A stretch of 63,153 nucleotides of DNA, filler included, from Basidiobolus meristosporus CBS 931.73 (taxonomy: Eukaryota; Fungi; Basidiobolomycota), in the NCBI GenBank assembly GCA_002104905.1. It is 3 parts of 3 records of this genome, joined end to end, with 100 filler letters (N's around TTAATTAATTAA, not from the genome) between each part and the next. Parts side by side here need not be neighbours in the genome. Positions count along the whole stretch, not along the records: positions 31,137 to 54,740 come from MCFE01000964.1; 2 more parts are not named here. One strand, written 5' to 3'. The position numbers and the translations under genes were made by a program. Of the stretch, positions 40,042 through 51,289 are shown piece after piece. Numbering within the stretch: the first letter of the stretch is position 1; every line of letters starts with the position of its first letter. The notes below the pieces were generated by a model, which ran no database searches, was not told where the DNA came from, and saw only the letters and a list, made by a program, of their open reading frames with translations.

Positions 40042-42130
40042 AGACTTGTTCCATTGTACCATGCCAGGGTGTGCTGCGCAATCCATGGTTGTAAAGAACA
40101 ATTGGGCACAATATTATAGCTACCAGAAGGCAGGATTGTTCTTGGACAATTTTGCACTATGTGGGAAAATCTTGCACACTATGGCACAATCTGACACAAT
40201 GAGGTTGGCATGGATGATCACGCCAACCCATAATATTTGCATCACATGCGCAATTGGCTACCACTATTATGGCAGGTAAAATCCAGTATTTGGATATGTT
40301 TCTTTAATGTAAATGGAAATAAATGTGTATCACACTATAAACTACACTGATACATACCATTTTGGTTCCCATCACTCCAATTGGAAGGTATCTCAGTGGT
40401 TAATTGGCTCAAAAGTATCCTGAAGCTGGCGGCCCCCCATTGGCTCATTGTCTACTAAAAAAGCTACCTGATTTGCCATCAAATATCCCATTTTGCCCAT
40501 TGAGCAAGTTAATCCCCAATCCTAGTGATTGGACAAGGTGTCATAGCTAGCACGCAAGCAATTGTGTAGGTGCAAAACAGATCCAACAGCTGCACTGGTA
40601 TTACAGATGATGTATATATATGCAGCGTGTTTACTTATAGGGGTTCTGTTTCAAATATGAGACAACTTTGATATAACTTATTTCAAAAATTTGATGATCA
40701 CTGATTTGTAATGGCTTGATTTGGATTGCAAAAAAAATGGGTTATTGGGATCATTACAAATAATAGCAATTCAGAGCAATTGCATCATCTTCTCCTGGGT
40801 TTTTTTCTTACAGGAATTACTACTGAAGCATTTGAAAGTGACTCACTTTGCATACCTATACTACTTCCTGGATGACTATCATCTTGGCTACTTGTGTATT
40901 TGTGGTCAGTATTTTGCCTCCTAGTTCATGAGTGCAATGCTGCAGATTGGCCGTGCTGAATTGCTCCAACTGAACTAACTGAACCGGCCTGTAGTGCCAC
41001 ACGCTAACGCGTTGTTTTACTTGCCAAGGGCTCTGGTGGTTGAGGCACTTCATGTTGGTCATCATCGGTCAGTTCACCAGAAGTAACTTGCTGATGGTCA
41101 GGCAAAACGGCACGTGCAGGCGCACCTTGACACGTTGAGATGGCCCTTGGCTGAGTTCAATGTGATGCTGCATGTTGACGCAACTATGTCCGCTCCAATG
41201 GACTTGTGTCTAAATGAGCAGTTTGGCAAGTTCTGATAGTTTTGCTCTGAAGCGCACACTTTGACCCAACACACATTGACTTGATGTGGGGCGCTCTGGT
41301 AAAGGGTGTTGGTGTAGTCTGGACTGAAGTGTGCCAGTGCGCTGTGGTTGCAAGAGATGGTAAGGAATCCAGCAAGGCGTGCTGACGCAATCTGGACAAT
41401 GTTGCTTGCGGTCTGTATTCTTCCTCCTGGAGCTCACCATTTGATTCCTCAAGGTATTCACTTACCCTCTGTCTGATACTTTGGAGCTGTTGCCTGGATG
41501 AGTCCTGTGTATATTGCTCTTAGAAGCCACTTAGCTCTACTAATATTTCACGTAGTACATTAGTGATTTGAGGCAAAAACTCATTCAAAATCTCTTTGGT
41601 TCCCAAGGCTGAGGCACAAATGGACGCGTCCGCCCATACTGTGCAAATTGCGTGCAAAATTGTTCCTGCATGGCTTCTTTGTCAAATCCCCTCACTCTCA
41701 GCTCATTCTTGATTTCAATACTGGTCTTGTTATATATCTTCTTACATACATTGGCTGGCATCTTGATGCAGAACTCATGCCACAGCTTTCTACTCAAATT
41801 CTTCCATCTTTACGGATGCTCCAAGGTATCTAGTTCTGCTAGATTAATCTGTAGTGCCCAAATATCTGTATGAAGGCTCATCATAGACACTTGGGCCATG
41901 CTAAAATCATTTGGCAAGAGCTCAAATGGATTTGACATCAACTTTTCCTGTCTGGACCGCACTTGTGAGCTGGGGGATGGGTTTTGTCTGGGTTGTATTA
42001 AAGATGAGTTGAGACTTGCTATGGGGACCATAGCAATGTATTTGGTTACTTATACAGCAGTATAGTGGCATCAACCTGGTCTTATATGAAATATATATGA
42101 TAACTAATGTGATTGTTGAATTTCCCATAT
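40042..42130 (+). mobile_element. Family D copy truncated on the right by another family D copy
   Basis: Starts AGACTTGTTCC after TTT; left arm and ORF2; ends where the next D left end begins. Confidence 0.92.
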
Positions 42131-42870
42131 ATTAGACTTGTTCCATCATACCATGCCAGGGTGTGCGGCGCAATCTGCGGTTGTAAAGAACAATTGAGCA
42201 CAATATTATAGCTACCAGAAGGCAGGATTGTTCTTGGACAATTTCACACTATGCGGGACAATCTTGCACACTATGGCACAATCTAACACAATGAGGTTGG
42301 CACGGACAATTGCGCCAACTTGTAATGTTTGCATCACGTGCGCAATTGGATACCGCTATTATGGCAGGTAAAATTTGGATATGTTTCTTTACTGTAAATG
42401 GAAATAAATGTGTATCACACTATAAACTACACTGATACTTACCATTTTGGTTACCCTCACTACAATTGGACTGTATCTCAGTAGTAAATTGGTCCAAAAG
42501 TATCCTGAAGCTGGCAGTCCCCAATTGGCTCATTGACTACTGTAAAAACTACCTGATTTGCCATCAGGTATCCCATTTTGCCCATTGAGCAAGTAAATCC
42601 CTGATCCTAGTGATTGGACAAGGTGTCATAGCTTGCACGCAAGCAATAGTGTAGGTGCAAAACAGATCCAATAGCTGCACTGGTATTACAGATGACGTAT
42701 ATAAATGCAGCGTGTTTATTTACAGGGGTTCTGTTTCAAATATGAGACAACCTTGATATTACTTATTTCAAAAATTTGATGATCACTGATTTGCAATGGC
42801 TCAATTTGTATTGCAAAAAAAAAAGGGTTGTCAGGATCATTACAAATGTGAGCAATTCAAAGCAATTGCA

Positions 42871-44040
42871 TCATCTTCTCCTGGGTTTTTTTCTCACAGG
42901 GATTACTACTGAAGCATTTGAAAGTGACTCACTTTGCACACCTATACTACTTCCTGGCCAACTATCATCTTGGCTACTTGTGTATTTGTAGTCAGTATTT
43001 TGCCTCCTAGTTGATGAGTGCAATGCTGCAGCTTGTCTGCGCTGAATCTCTTCAACTGAACCAACTGAACCAGCCTGGAGTGCCACATGTTGACACGTTC
43101 TTTTACTTGCCAAGGGCTCCGGTGGTTGAGGCACTTCATATTGGTCATCATCAGTCAGTTCACCAGAAGTAACTTGCTGATGGTCATGCAAAACAGCATG
43201 CGCAGGCGCGCCTTGATGCGTTGAGATGGCCCTTGGCTGAGTTTGATGTGTTGCCGCATGTTGACGCAACTTGGTCCACTCCAATGGACCTGTGTGCAAA
43301 TGAGCAGTTTGGCAAGTTCTTGTAGTTTTGCTCTGAAGTGCGCGCGTTGACTCAATGCGGGGTGTTCTGGTAAAGGGTGTTAGTGTGGTCTGGACTGACG
43401 TGCGCTGGTGCACTGTGGTTGCAAGAGATGGTAGGGAATCCAGCAAGGCGTGCTGGTGCAATCTGGACAATGTTGCTTGCGGTCTGTATTCTTCCTCCTG
43501 AAGCTCACTATCTGATTCCTCAAGGTATTCACTTACCCTCTGTCTGATACTTTGGAGCTGTTGCCTGGATGAGTCCTGTGTATATTGCTCTTAGAAGCCA
43601 CTTAGCTCTACTAATATTTCACGTAGTACATTAGTCATTTGAGGCAAAAACTCATTCAAAATCTCTTTGGTTCCCAAAGTTGAGGCACAAATGGACGTGT
43701 CCGGCCTGTACTGTGCAAATTGCACGCAAAATTGTTCCTGCATGGCTTCTTTGTCAAATCTCCTCACTCTCAGCTCATTCTTGATTTCAATACTTGTCTT
43801 GTTATATATCTTTTTACATACATTGGCTGGTATCTTGATGCAGAACTCATGCCACAGCTTTCTACTCAAATTCTTCCATCTTTGTGGACTCTCCTAGGTA
43901 TCTATTTCTGCTAGATTAGTCAGTAGTGCCCAAATATCTGTATGAAGGCTCTTCATCGACACCGCGCCTGTGAGCTGGGGGATGTGTTTTGTCTGGGTTG
44001 TACAAAGATGAGTTGAGGCTTGGTATGGGGACCATAGCAA
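42871..44040 (-). pseudogene. Family D ORF2 (putative Myb/SANT/MADF-like partner), damaged
   Basis: Open 199-aa C-terminal part ending IPVRKKPRRR; RWKNLSRKLWHEF motif upstream; internal deletion near 43950. Confidence 0.6.
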
Positions 44041-44394
44041 CGGATTTGGATACTTATACAGCAGTACATTGGCATCAACCTGGTCTTATATGAAATATAT
44101 ATGAAAACTAATATGATTGTTGAATTTTCCATATATTATGCATGATGCATCTTGGATTGCGTTGACATGGATCAGATCACATCAATTGCAGATTTCCTAT
44201 TTAATTATAGACCTATGATTAAAGCATCAATAAAAGTACCAAGGCATTGTTTGCGGATGATTTTTGTGAGATAATGATGGTATACATGGCAATTGATGGA
44301 GATTTAACCATAATGTATTAAAAATCAGATAAATAACGCAGATTGCGCCAAATCAATTCAAACTGCCTCCATATAATCATCCATCAATTTTAAT

Positions 44395-45279
44395 ATGACT
44401 TACTCATCTGAATGGTCTTTTCTCATCAATCTCATCACTACTACTGGATTCCCTTTTGACACACTAGAGGAGATATACTCCAAGTACTGTGGACCATCAA
44501 CCCCAATCTACTCAAGGAGATCCCTTGTTAAGCTTCTCTGCTATTACAAGAACTATTGCCCTACAAGGTTTCATCCCACCATCCATGGCAACAAAAGTCC
44601 TAGAAGCTTTCATTCCCAGCTGACAGCAATGGAAGACCACCTTGCAGAGGGTATGAATGACTTAGAGCAAGCTTGGAATACTAGGTTCAGAAGCTCCAAT
44701 AGACTTCCATATCCCAGAGTGTTCAGCAACAGGTTCCATATGAGGAGTATTTTGGATACCTTCCCAGTGAGAATTAACAGACCTTCTAGAGGGCAGAGGC
44801 ACTTTTATTCTGGCAAGTACAAGGCACACTGTGTGAAGTTTCAAGCACTGTCTGACATTGAGGGTAACATCATCTGGTTTAGTGGGCCATTTGCTGGAAG
44901 TAGGCATGACAAAGCACTCTGGGTAGAGTATCATCCTGAATTCAGTAGAGGGGAGAAATGTATGGCAGACTTAGCCTATATAGGAGAGGATTGTCAGATA
45001 TTAGGATGTATTACAGCTTATAGGAAGCCAAGGAATGGTGTGCTTAGCAGGAAGCAGCAGCTCCACAATGAGATATTTAATCATTTCAGAGTAAGGGTAG
45101 AGCACACATTTGGATATCTGAAGAGATTCAGCATATTGGCAGGTAAATACAGAGGAAGGTCATATATAGGAGAAAACAGCAGAATAGGTAAAATAGTTAA
45201 GATACTTATTAATGCACAGTATGTTCATATAAGAAGACATCCACTGAGAGAAATGTGTCTAGAGCATTATGAAGAGTAA
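44395..45279 (+). CDS. PIF/Harbinger-superfamily (DDE_Tnp_4/IS5-like) transposase, 294 aa, intact
   Basis: ILD121TFP, FYSGKYKAHCVK, GSRHD, MAD192LAYIG, RVE236HTFGYLKRF match the recalled IS5/PHIS pattern; lies inside TIRs. Confidence 0.92.
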   Translation: MTYSSEWSFLINLITTTGFPFDTLEEIYSKYCGPSTPIYSRRSLVKLLCYYKNYCPTRFHPTIHGNKSPRSFHSQLTAMEDHLAEGMNDLEQAWNTRFRSSNRLPYPRVFSNRFHMRSILDTFPVRINRPSRGQRHFYSGKYKAHCVKFQALSDIEGNIIWFSGPFAGSRHDKALWVEYHPEFSRGEKCMADLAYIGEDCQILGCITAYRKPRNGVLSRKQQLHNEIFNHFRVRVEHTFGYLKRFSILAGKYRGRSYIGENSRIGKIVKILINAQYVHIRRHPLREMCLEHYEE

Positions 45280-47065
45280 ATAAAGCAAGGGAAGCACTAC
45301 TCTGAGCAACATAAGTAGATTGAGTAAGATTACCAGTAAATATATCATAGCACTTGCATCATGGTAGAAATTATAGTGCCAGATAGTGCCATAGAGTGCC
45401 AGATCAATCTGGCACCATAAACAGACTGGCACTATGTGGCACTATCCAACAGAACAAGTCTATTGCACCTACATGAATGTAAGATTCTATGATGACCCAC
45501 CATAATAAGCATTATAAATAAAGTTGTGGCACCACATACACATGTATATGTAACACTATTTCCCCTTTGGTTTGACTCACCTCCATATATATGCCTCCAA
45601 AAAATAAAGCAAAGTTGTCTGGTTCTCAACCAAACCCCACCGCTGACGGCAACAGAAGAATGGTTGGACAACAGCTTGCTTTGACATTCAGTGGAACAAG
45701 CAGGGCTACATCCAAAAAAGACCCTGTGGACAGTGTGCCCATTGAAGGTAATAATGTGGACTCCTCAGGCTCTCAGTCAAGTAGGCAATTGAGAACCTCT
45801 GTGGAGCCACAAGCTGACCATTATGCTCAGGCAGATGAGAATGTAGCAAACGCAGTACCCTCTGTTGAAGATCAGCAAGTGGCCATGATAACATCACCAC
45901 CACCCATATTAGCAAGTATGTTGTCAGCTCATACCAAAGCATTAATGAAGCAATTAGGTGCAATGGCAGATAGGATACATGCAATGGCCCAAAGAAATCA
46001 GGAAGTAGTCCAGAAACAGAATGAGCAGATAATATGTGTAGAGCAATCAATATCACAGGTAGAGAAAGCAGTATATTTGCTGCAAAGAAGGAACTCAAGT
46101 AGCTCAATGTCACAGCCAAGAACTGAGCAATTTCCTGATATAACAGCAGAGGAATACTGTACAGTTTTTGAGGCACAACAACAGTGCCCAAAGATAAAGC
46201 CCACAGAAAAACCTGTCACAGAATGGGAGGGAGACAATGTGGTGTTTATACCAAAGCCTAAAAATCAAAAGACATTGAAGATCTGTGAAGCTGTTGAGTG
46301 CAATAATGAAGAGTGGGCTAATAGACTTGTTCCATCGTACCGTGCCAGGGCGCGCGGCGCAATCCGCAGTTGTAAAGAACAATTGGGCGCGATATCATAG
46401 CTACCAGAAGGCAAGATTGTTCTTGAACAATTTTGCACTATGGGGGACAATCTTGCACACTATGGCACAATCTGACACAATGAGGCCGGCACGGATGATT
46501 GCGTCAACTTGTAATGTTTGCATCATGTGCGCAATCGGATACAGCTATAATGGCAGGTAAAATCCGGTATTTGGATATGTTTCTTTAATGTAAATGGAAA
46601 TAAATGTGTATCGCACTATAAACTACACTGATACTTACCATTTTGGTTACCCTCACTCCAATTGGATGGTATCTCAGTGGTTAATTGGTCCAAAAGTATC
46701 CTGAAGCTGGCAGCCCCCAATTGGCTCATTGACTACTGAAAAAGCTACCTGATTCACCATCAAATATCCCATTTTGCCCATTGAGCAAGTAAATCCCTGA
46801 TCCTAGTGATTAAACAAGGTGTCATAGCTTGCACACAAGCAATAGTGTAGGTGCAAAACAGACCCAATAGCTGCACTGGTATTATGGATGACGTATATAT
46901 ATGCAGGGTATTTAATTATAGGGGTTCTGTCTCATATGTGAGCCAACCTTGATATTACTTATATCAAAAATTTGATGATCACTGATTTGCAATGGCTTGA
47001 TTTGGATTGCAAAAAAAAAGGGTTGTTGGGATCATTACAAATGTAAGCGATTCAAAGCAATTGCA

Positions 47066-48312
47066 TCATCTTCTCCTGGGTTTTTTTCTCACAGGGATTA
47101 CTACTGAAGCATTTGGTAGTGACTCACTTTGCACACCTATACTACTTCCTGGCTGACTATCATCTTGGCTACTTGTGTATTTAAAGTCAGTATTTTGCCT
47201 CCTAGTTGATGAGTGCAATGCTGCAGCTTGGCCGCGCTGAATTGCTCCGACTGAACTAACTGAACCGGCCTGTAGTGCCACGTGCTAACACAATCTTTTA
47301 CTTGCCAAGGGCTCTGGTGGTTGAGGCACTTCATGTTGGTCATCATCAGTCAGTTCACCAGAAGTAACTCGCTGATGGTCAGGCAAAACGGCACGCGCAG
47401 GTGCACCTTGACGCGTTGAGATGGCCCTTGGCTCAGTTTGATGTGATGCTGCATGTTGACGCAACTCGGTCCTCTCCAATGGACTTGTGTCTAAATGAGC
47501 AGTTTGGCGAGTTCTCGTAGTTTTGCTCTGAAGCACGCGCGTTGTCTGAATGTGCGTTGACTCAATGCGGGGCGTTCTGGTAAAGGTGTTGGCATGGTAT
47601 GGACTGACGTGCACCGGCACACTGTGGTTGCAAGAGATGGTAGGGAATCCAGCAAGGCATGCTGGCGCAATCTGGACAATGTTGCTTGCGGTCTGTATTC
47701 TTCCTCCTGAAGCTCACCATCTAATTCCTCAAGGTATTCACTTACCCTCTGTCTGATACTTTGGAGCTTTTGACTGGATGAGTCCTGTGTATATTGCTCT
47801 TAGAAGCCACTTAGCTCTACTAATATATCAGGTAGTACATTAGTCATTTGAGGCAAAAACTCATTCAAAATCTCTTTGGTTCCCAAAGTTGAGGCACAAA
47901 CAGACGTGTCCGGCCCGTACTGTGTAAATCGCGCGCAAAATTGTTTCTACGCGGCTTCTTTGTCAAATCCCCTCACTCTCAGCTCATTCTTGATTTCAAT
48001 ACTTGTCTTGTTATATATCTTTTTACATACATTGGCTGGCATCTTGATGTAGAACTCATGCCACAGCTTTCTACTCAAATTCTTCCATCTTTGTCAACTC
48101 TCTGAGGTATCTAGTCCTGCTAGATTAATCAGTAGTGCCCAAATATCTGTATAAAGGCTCATCGTAGACACTTGGGCCATACTAAAATCATTTGGCAAGA
48201 ACTCAAACGGATCCAACATTGACTTCTCCGGTCCGGACCGTGCCTGTGAGCTGGGGGATGGGTTTTGTCTGGGTTGTACTAAAGATGAGTTGAGGCTTGG
48301 TATGGGGACCAT
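47066..48312 (-). pseudogene. Family D ORF2 (about 400 aa; MADF/SANT-like helix pair, disordered tail, basic C-terminus)
   Basis: DIWALLINLAGLDTSES*QRWKNLSRKLWHEF resembles the MADF W...KxRWKNLR pattern; stops compatible with C-to-T changes; 1-nt deletion near 47585; start codon uncertain. Confidence 0.6.
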
Positions 48313-48671
48313 AGCAACGGATTTGGATACTTATACAGCAGTATATTGGCATCAACCTGGTCTTATATGAAATATATATGAAAACTAATGTGATTGTTGA
48401 ATTTTCCATATATTGTGCATGATGCATCTCGGATTGCATTGACACGGCTCAGATCACATCAATTGCAGATTTCCTATTTGATTATAGACCTATGGGTAAA
48501 GCATCAATAAAAGTACCAAGGCATTGTTTGCGGATGATTTTTGCAACATAATGATGGTATACATGGCAATTGATGGAGATTTAACCATAGTGTATTAAAA
48601 ATCAGATAAATAACGTAGATTGCGCCGAATCAATTCAAACCGCCTTTATACAATCATCCATCAATTTTAAT

Positions 48672-49556
48672 ATGACTTATTCATCTGAATGGTCTTTTCT
48701 CATCAATCCCATCACTACCACTGGATTTCCTTTTGACACACTAGAGGAGATATACTCCAAGTACTGTGGACCATCAACCCCAATCTACTCAAGGAGATCC
48801 CTTGTTAAGCTTCTCTGCTATTACAAGAACTATTGCCCTACAAGGTTTCATCCCACCATCCATGGCAACAAAAGTCCTAGAAGCTTTCATTCCCAGCTGA
48901 CAGCAATGGAAGACCACCTTGCAGAGGGTATGAATGACTTAGAGCAAGCTTGGAATACTAGGTTCAGAAGCTCCAATAGACTTCCATATCCCAGAGTGTT
49001 CAGCAACAGGTTCCATATGAGGAGTATTTTGGATACCTTCCCAGTGAGAATTAACAGACCTTCTAGAGGGCAGAGGCACTTTTATTCTGGCAAGTACAAG
49101 GCACACTGTGTGAAGTTTCAAGCACTGTCTGACATTGAGGGTAACATCATCTGGTTTAGTGGGCCATTTGCTGGAAGTAGGCATGACAAAGCACTCTGGG
49201 TAGAGAATCATCCTGAATTCAGTAGAGGGGAGAAATGTATGGCAGACTTAGCCTATATAGGAGAGGATTGTCAGATATTAGGATGTATTACAGCTTATAG
49301 GAAGCCAAGGAATGGTGTGCTTAGCAGGAAGCAGCAGCTCCACAATGAGATATTTAATCATTTCAGAGTAAGGGTAGAGCACACATTTGGATATCTGAAG
49401 AGATTCAGCATATTGGCAGGTAAATACAGAGGAAAGTCATATATAGGAGAAAACAGCAGAATAGGTAAAATAGTTAAGATACTTATTAATGCACAGTATG
49501 TTCATATAAGAAGACATCCACTGAGAGAAATGTGTCTGGAGCATTATGAAGAGTAA
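48672..49556 (+). CDS. PHIS transposase, 294 aa, intact (second copy)
   Basis: About 7 nt and 3 aa differences (L13P, Y179N, R255K) from 44395-45279. Confidence 0.92.
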   Translation: MTYSSEWSFLINPITTTGFPFDTLEEIYSKYCGPSTPIYSRRSLVKLLCYYKNYCPTRFHPTIHGNKSPRSFHSQLTAMEDHLAEGMNDLEQAWNTRFRSSNRLPYPRVFSNRFHMRSILDTFPVRINRPSRGQRHFYSGKYKAHCVKFQALSDIEGNIIWFSGPFAGSRHDKALWVENHPEFSRGEKCMADLAYIGEDCQILGCITAYRKPRNGVLSRKQQLHNEIFNHFRVRVEHTFGYLKRFSILAGKYRGKSYIGENSRIGKIVKILINAQYVHIRRHPLREMCLEHYEE

Positions 49557-51289
49557 ATAAAGCAAGGAAAGCACTATTCTGAGCAACATAAGTAAGATTG
49601 AGTAAAATTACCAGTAACTGTATCATACCACTAGCATCATGGTAGAAATTATAGTGCCAGATGGTGCCGTAGAGTGCCAGATCAATCCGGCACAATAAAT
49701 ACGCTGGCACTATGTCGCACTATCCAACGGAACAAGTCTAATATATAAGAGGCCGTCAGAAGTCTAGCACGCCATCACCTTAAGGCCGGCATACCATGGG
49801 ATCATCAGCAACTCAAGGCCAAGCAGAATGCACTTGACTTGTTCCATGAGCATTATCCTGGATTCAAACGGGCAAATAGATTTGGGCCAGCATTGGTATG
49901 CTAAGAAAGTATCTTAAGAATAGCAGACACTATCAAAGGCAGAAGAACAAGGGTGCCATGGCTAAAAACCAGCGGCTTCCTCAAGAGCCGGTTACAAGCA
50001 GGGCCAAAAGCTCCAGACAAGCATCAAAGAGATGTCAGGCAGCTGGAAGAGTGCTAATTAAGAACAAGCAGGCAGACATGGATGCACCAGCACAACATTT
50101 ATCACACAAAAAGCGTAGTACCACTCAAGAAGCACCCAGTCAAAGTAGCAGTGAAGGACCTGGCAGTGATAAAAACCAGCCGCTTTACAGGAGCCCATCA
50201 CAACTACGGTTGAGAGCTCAAAACAAGCTGAAAAGAAATGTCAGGTTGCCAGAAGAGTGCCAGCAAGGGACAAGCAGGCCAAAACAGATGCATCAGAGCA
50301 GAATTTATCCAGAAGAAAACGTAGTTCTTTACAAGAAGCACTCAGACAAAGTAGCAGTGAAAGACCTGGCAGTGATACAGGAAAAGGTAAAGGGAAAAAT
50401 ATCTACCCAAGCCTGAGACAGGGAGGCATGCAAAAAAAACTGCAGTTCTTGCCAATTAATGCCACAAGCCAGGAACAAACTGAATCCCATCATAGCCAGG
50501 AAGAATTACCAACAAGAAAGCAGCTGTTTTCACAAGAGCTGGAAGCACAGCCAGTTGAGCTACACTCCAGCAAGGTTGAAGAGTTTGCTGAAAAAGTCAA
50601 TTTGTCTACCACAGCCTCCACAGCCTCTATTGTTGACAGAGTGGAGATCCCACTGACAGCCAAGGCTACAATATCAAGAGCTTGAAAGACTATCACAATG
50701 TCTTCAGTGGAGTTTTGGAACATTAATAGGCACACCAAGAGGTTGCAGCACTTCTTCAAGAGCAGTGCTCAAGAAAATGCACTGGATTATTGCAAGAATT
50801 TTTTGCAAAGACTGGCAGGCAAGGAGCTAGACCTTGCAGTGCCAGCGGAAGACCAGGACATGTGGCAACAAGTGAATGAACAGTGGCATAAAGCCATTGG
50901 GTTCCCGCCAAAGTTGTGGAACCAGAGAGTTACAGCAGATATACTTATTGAGTGGTGGATTGTAATGGAGTTACTTGTTGGGTGTGGGGTTGGGCTTAAT
51001 GTTAATGTAGGGTATAGAGACTTGTATAGGTCAATAAAATTGGCAATTGAGATACAACTGAAGTTTCAACGGAAATAAATCAATTTGTATGCATGAAAAG
51101 TAAGAAAACAGCAATCAAAAGCCACTTACACACTGTTGTGGTGAAAAATTTTGACAAAGTTTTTTGTGAAATCTGGGGTGAAATTATTTTTCAACAGTCT
51201 CTAGACAGAGTCCTGACAAGATCAGTACCTCTCAGTCATGGGACATTAACTTTGAGATGGCCTTTTGATGGGATCATCTCAATAATTTT

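Larger units (their letters stand above)
42134..45461 (+). mobile_element. Near-complete family D PHIS transposon (3328 bp)
   Basis: Ends AGACTTGTTCC / AGAACAAGTCT; ATT on both sides; intact transposase; small deletion in ORF2. Confidence 0.93.
46323..49739 (+). mobile_element. Full-length family D PHIS transposon (3417 bp), TSD AAT
   Basis: Perfect 11-bp TIR AGACTTGTTCC/GGAACAAGTCT; AAT at 46320-46322 and 49740-49742; empty-site homolog at about 12320. Confidence 0.97.
45462..51050 (+). pseudogene. Family E accessory ORF (about 650 aa reconstructed), split by the family D insertion 46323-49739
   Basis: ORF from 45591 rejoins at 49743, as in the uninterrupted 12300-12420 copy (EWANIQEA); continues through 49898-50416, 50257-50685 and 50698 with stops and frameshifts. 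Confidence 0.7.

Noticed and set aside
43155-43355. Alternative ORF2 frame RAKLRELAKLLI...ISKLLLVN
   Set aside because: It has more stops across copies and joins the upstream frame only through a 1-nt deletion private to the 47-kb copy; the frame ending RKKPRRR is continuous in the 43-kb copy.
44395-45279. Bacterial IS element or contamination
   Set aside because: It lies in a 3.4-kb element nested among eukaryotic retrotransposons, with a partner ORF and decayed relatives at 4020; ancient transfer can be neither excluded nor shown without a phylogeny.
45591-46400. 269-aa ORF as an intact host gene
   Set aside because: After codon 244 it reads into the family D left end; the real continuation is at 49743 and carries a stop and a frameshift.
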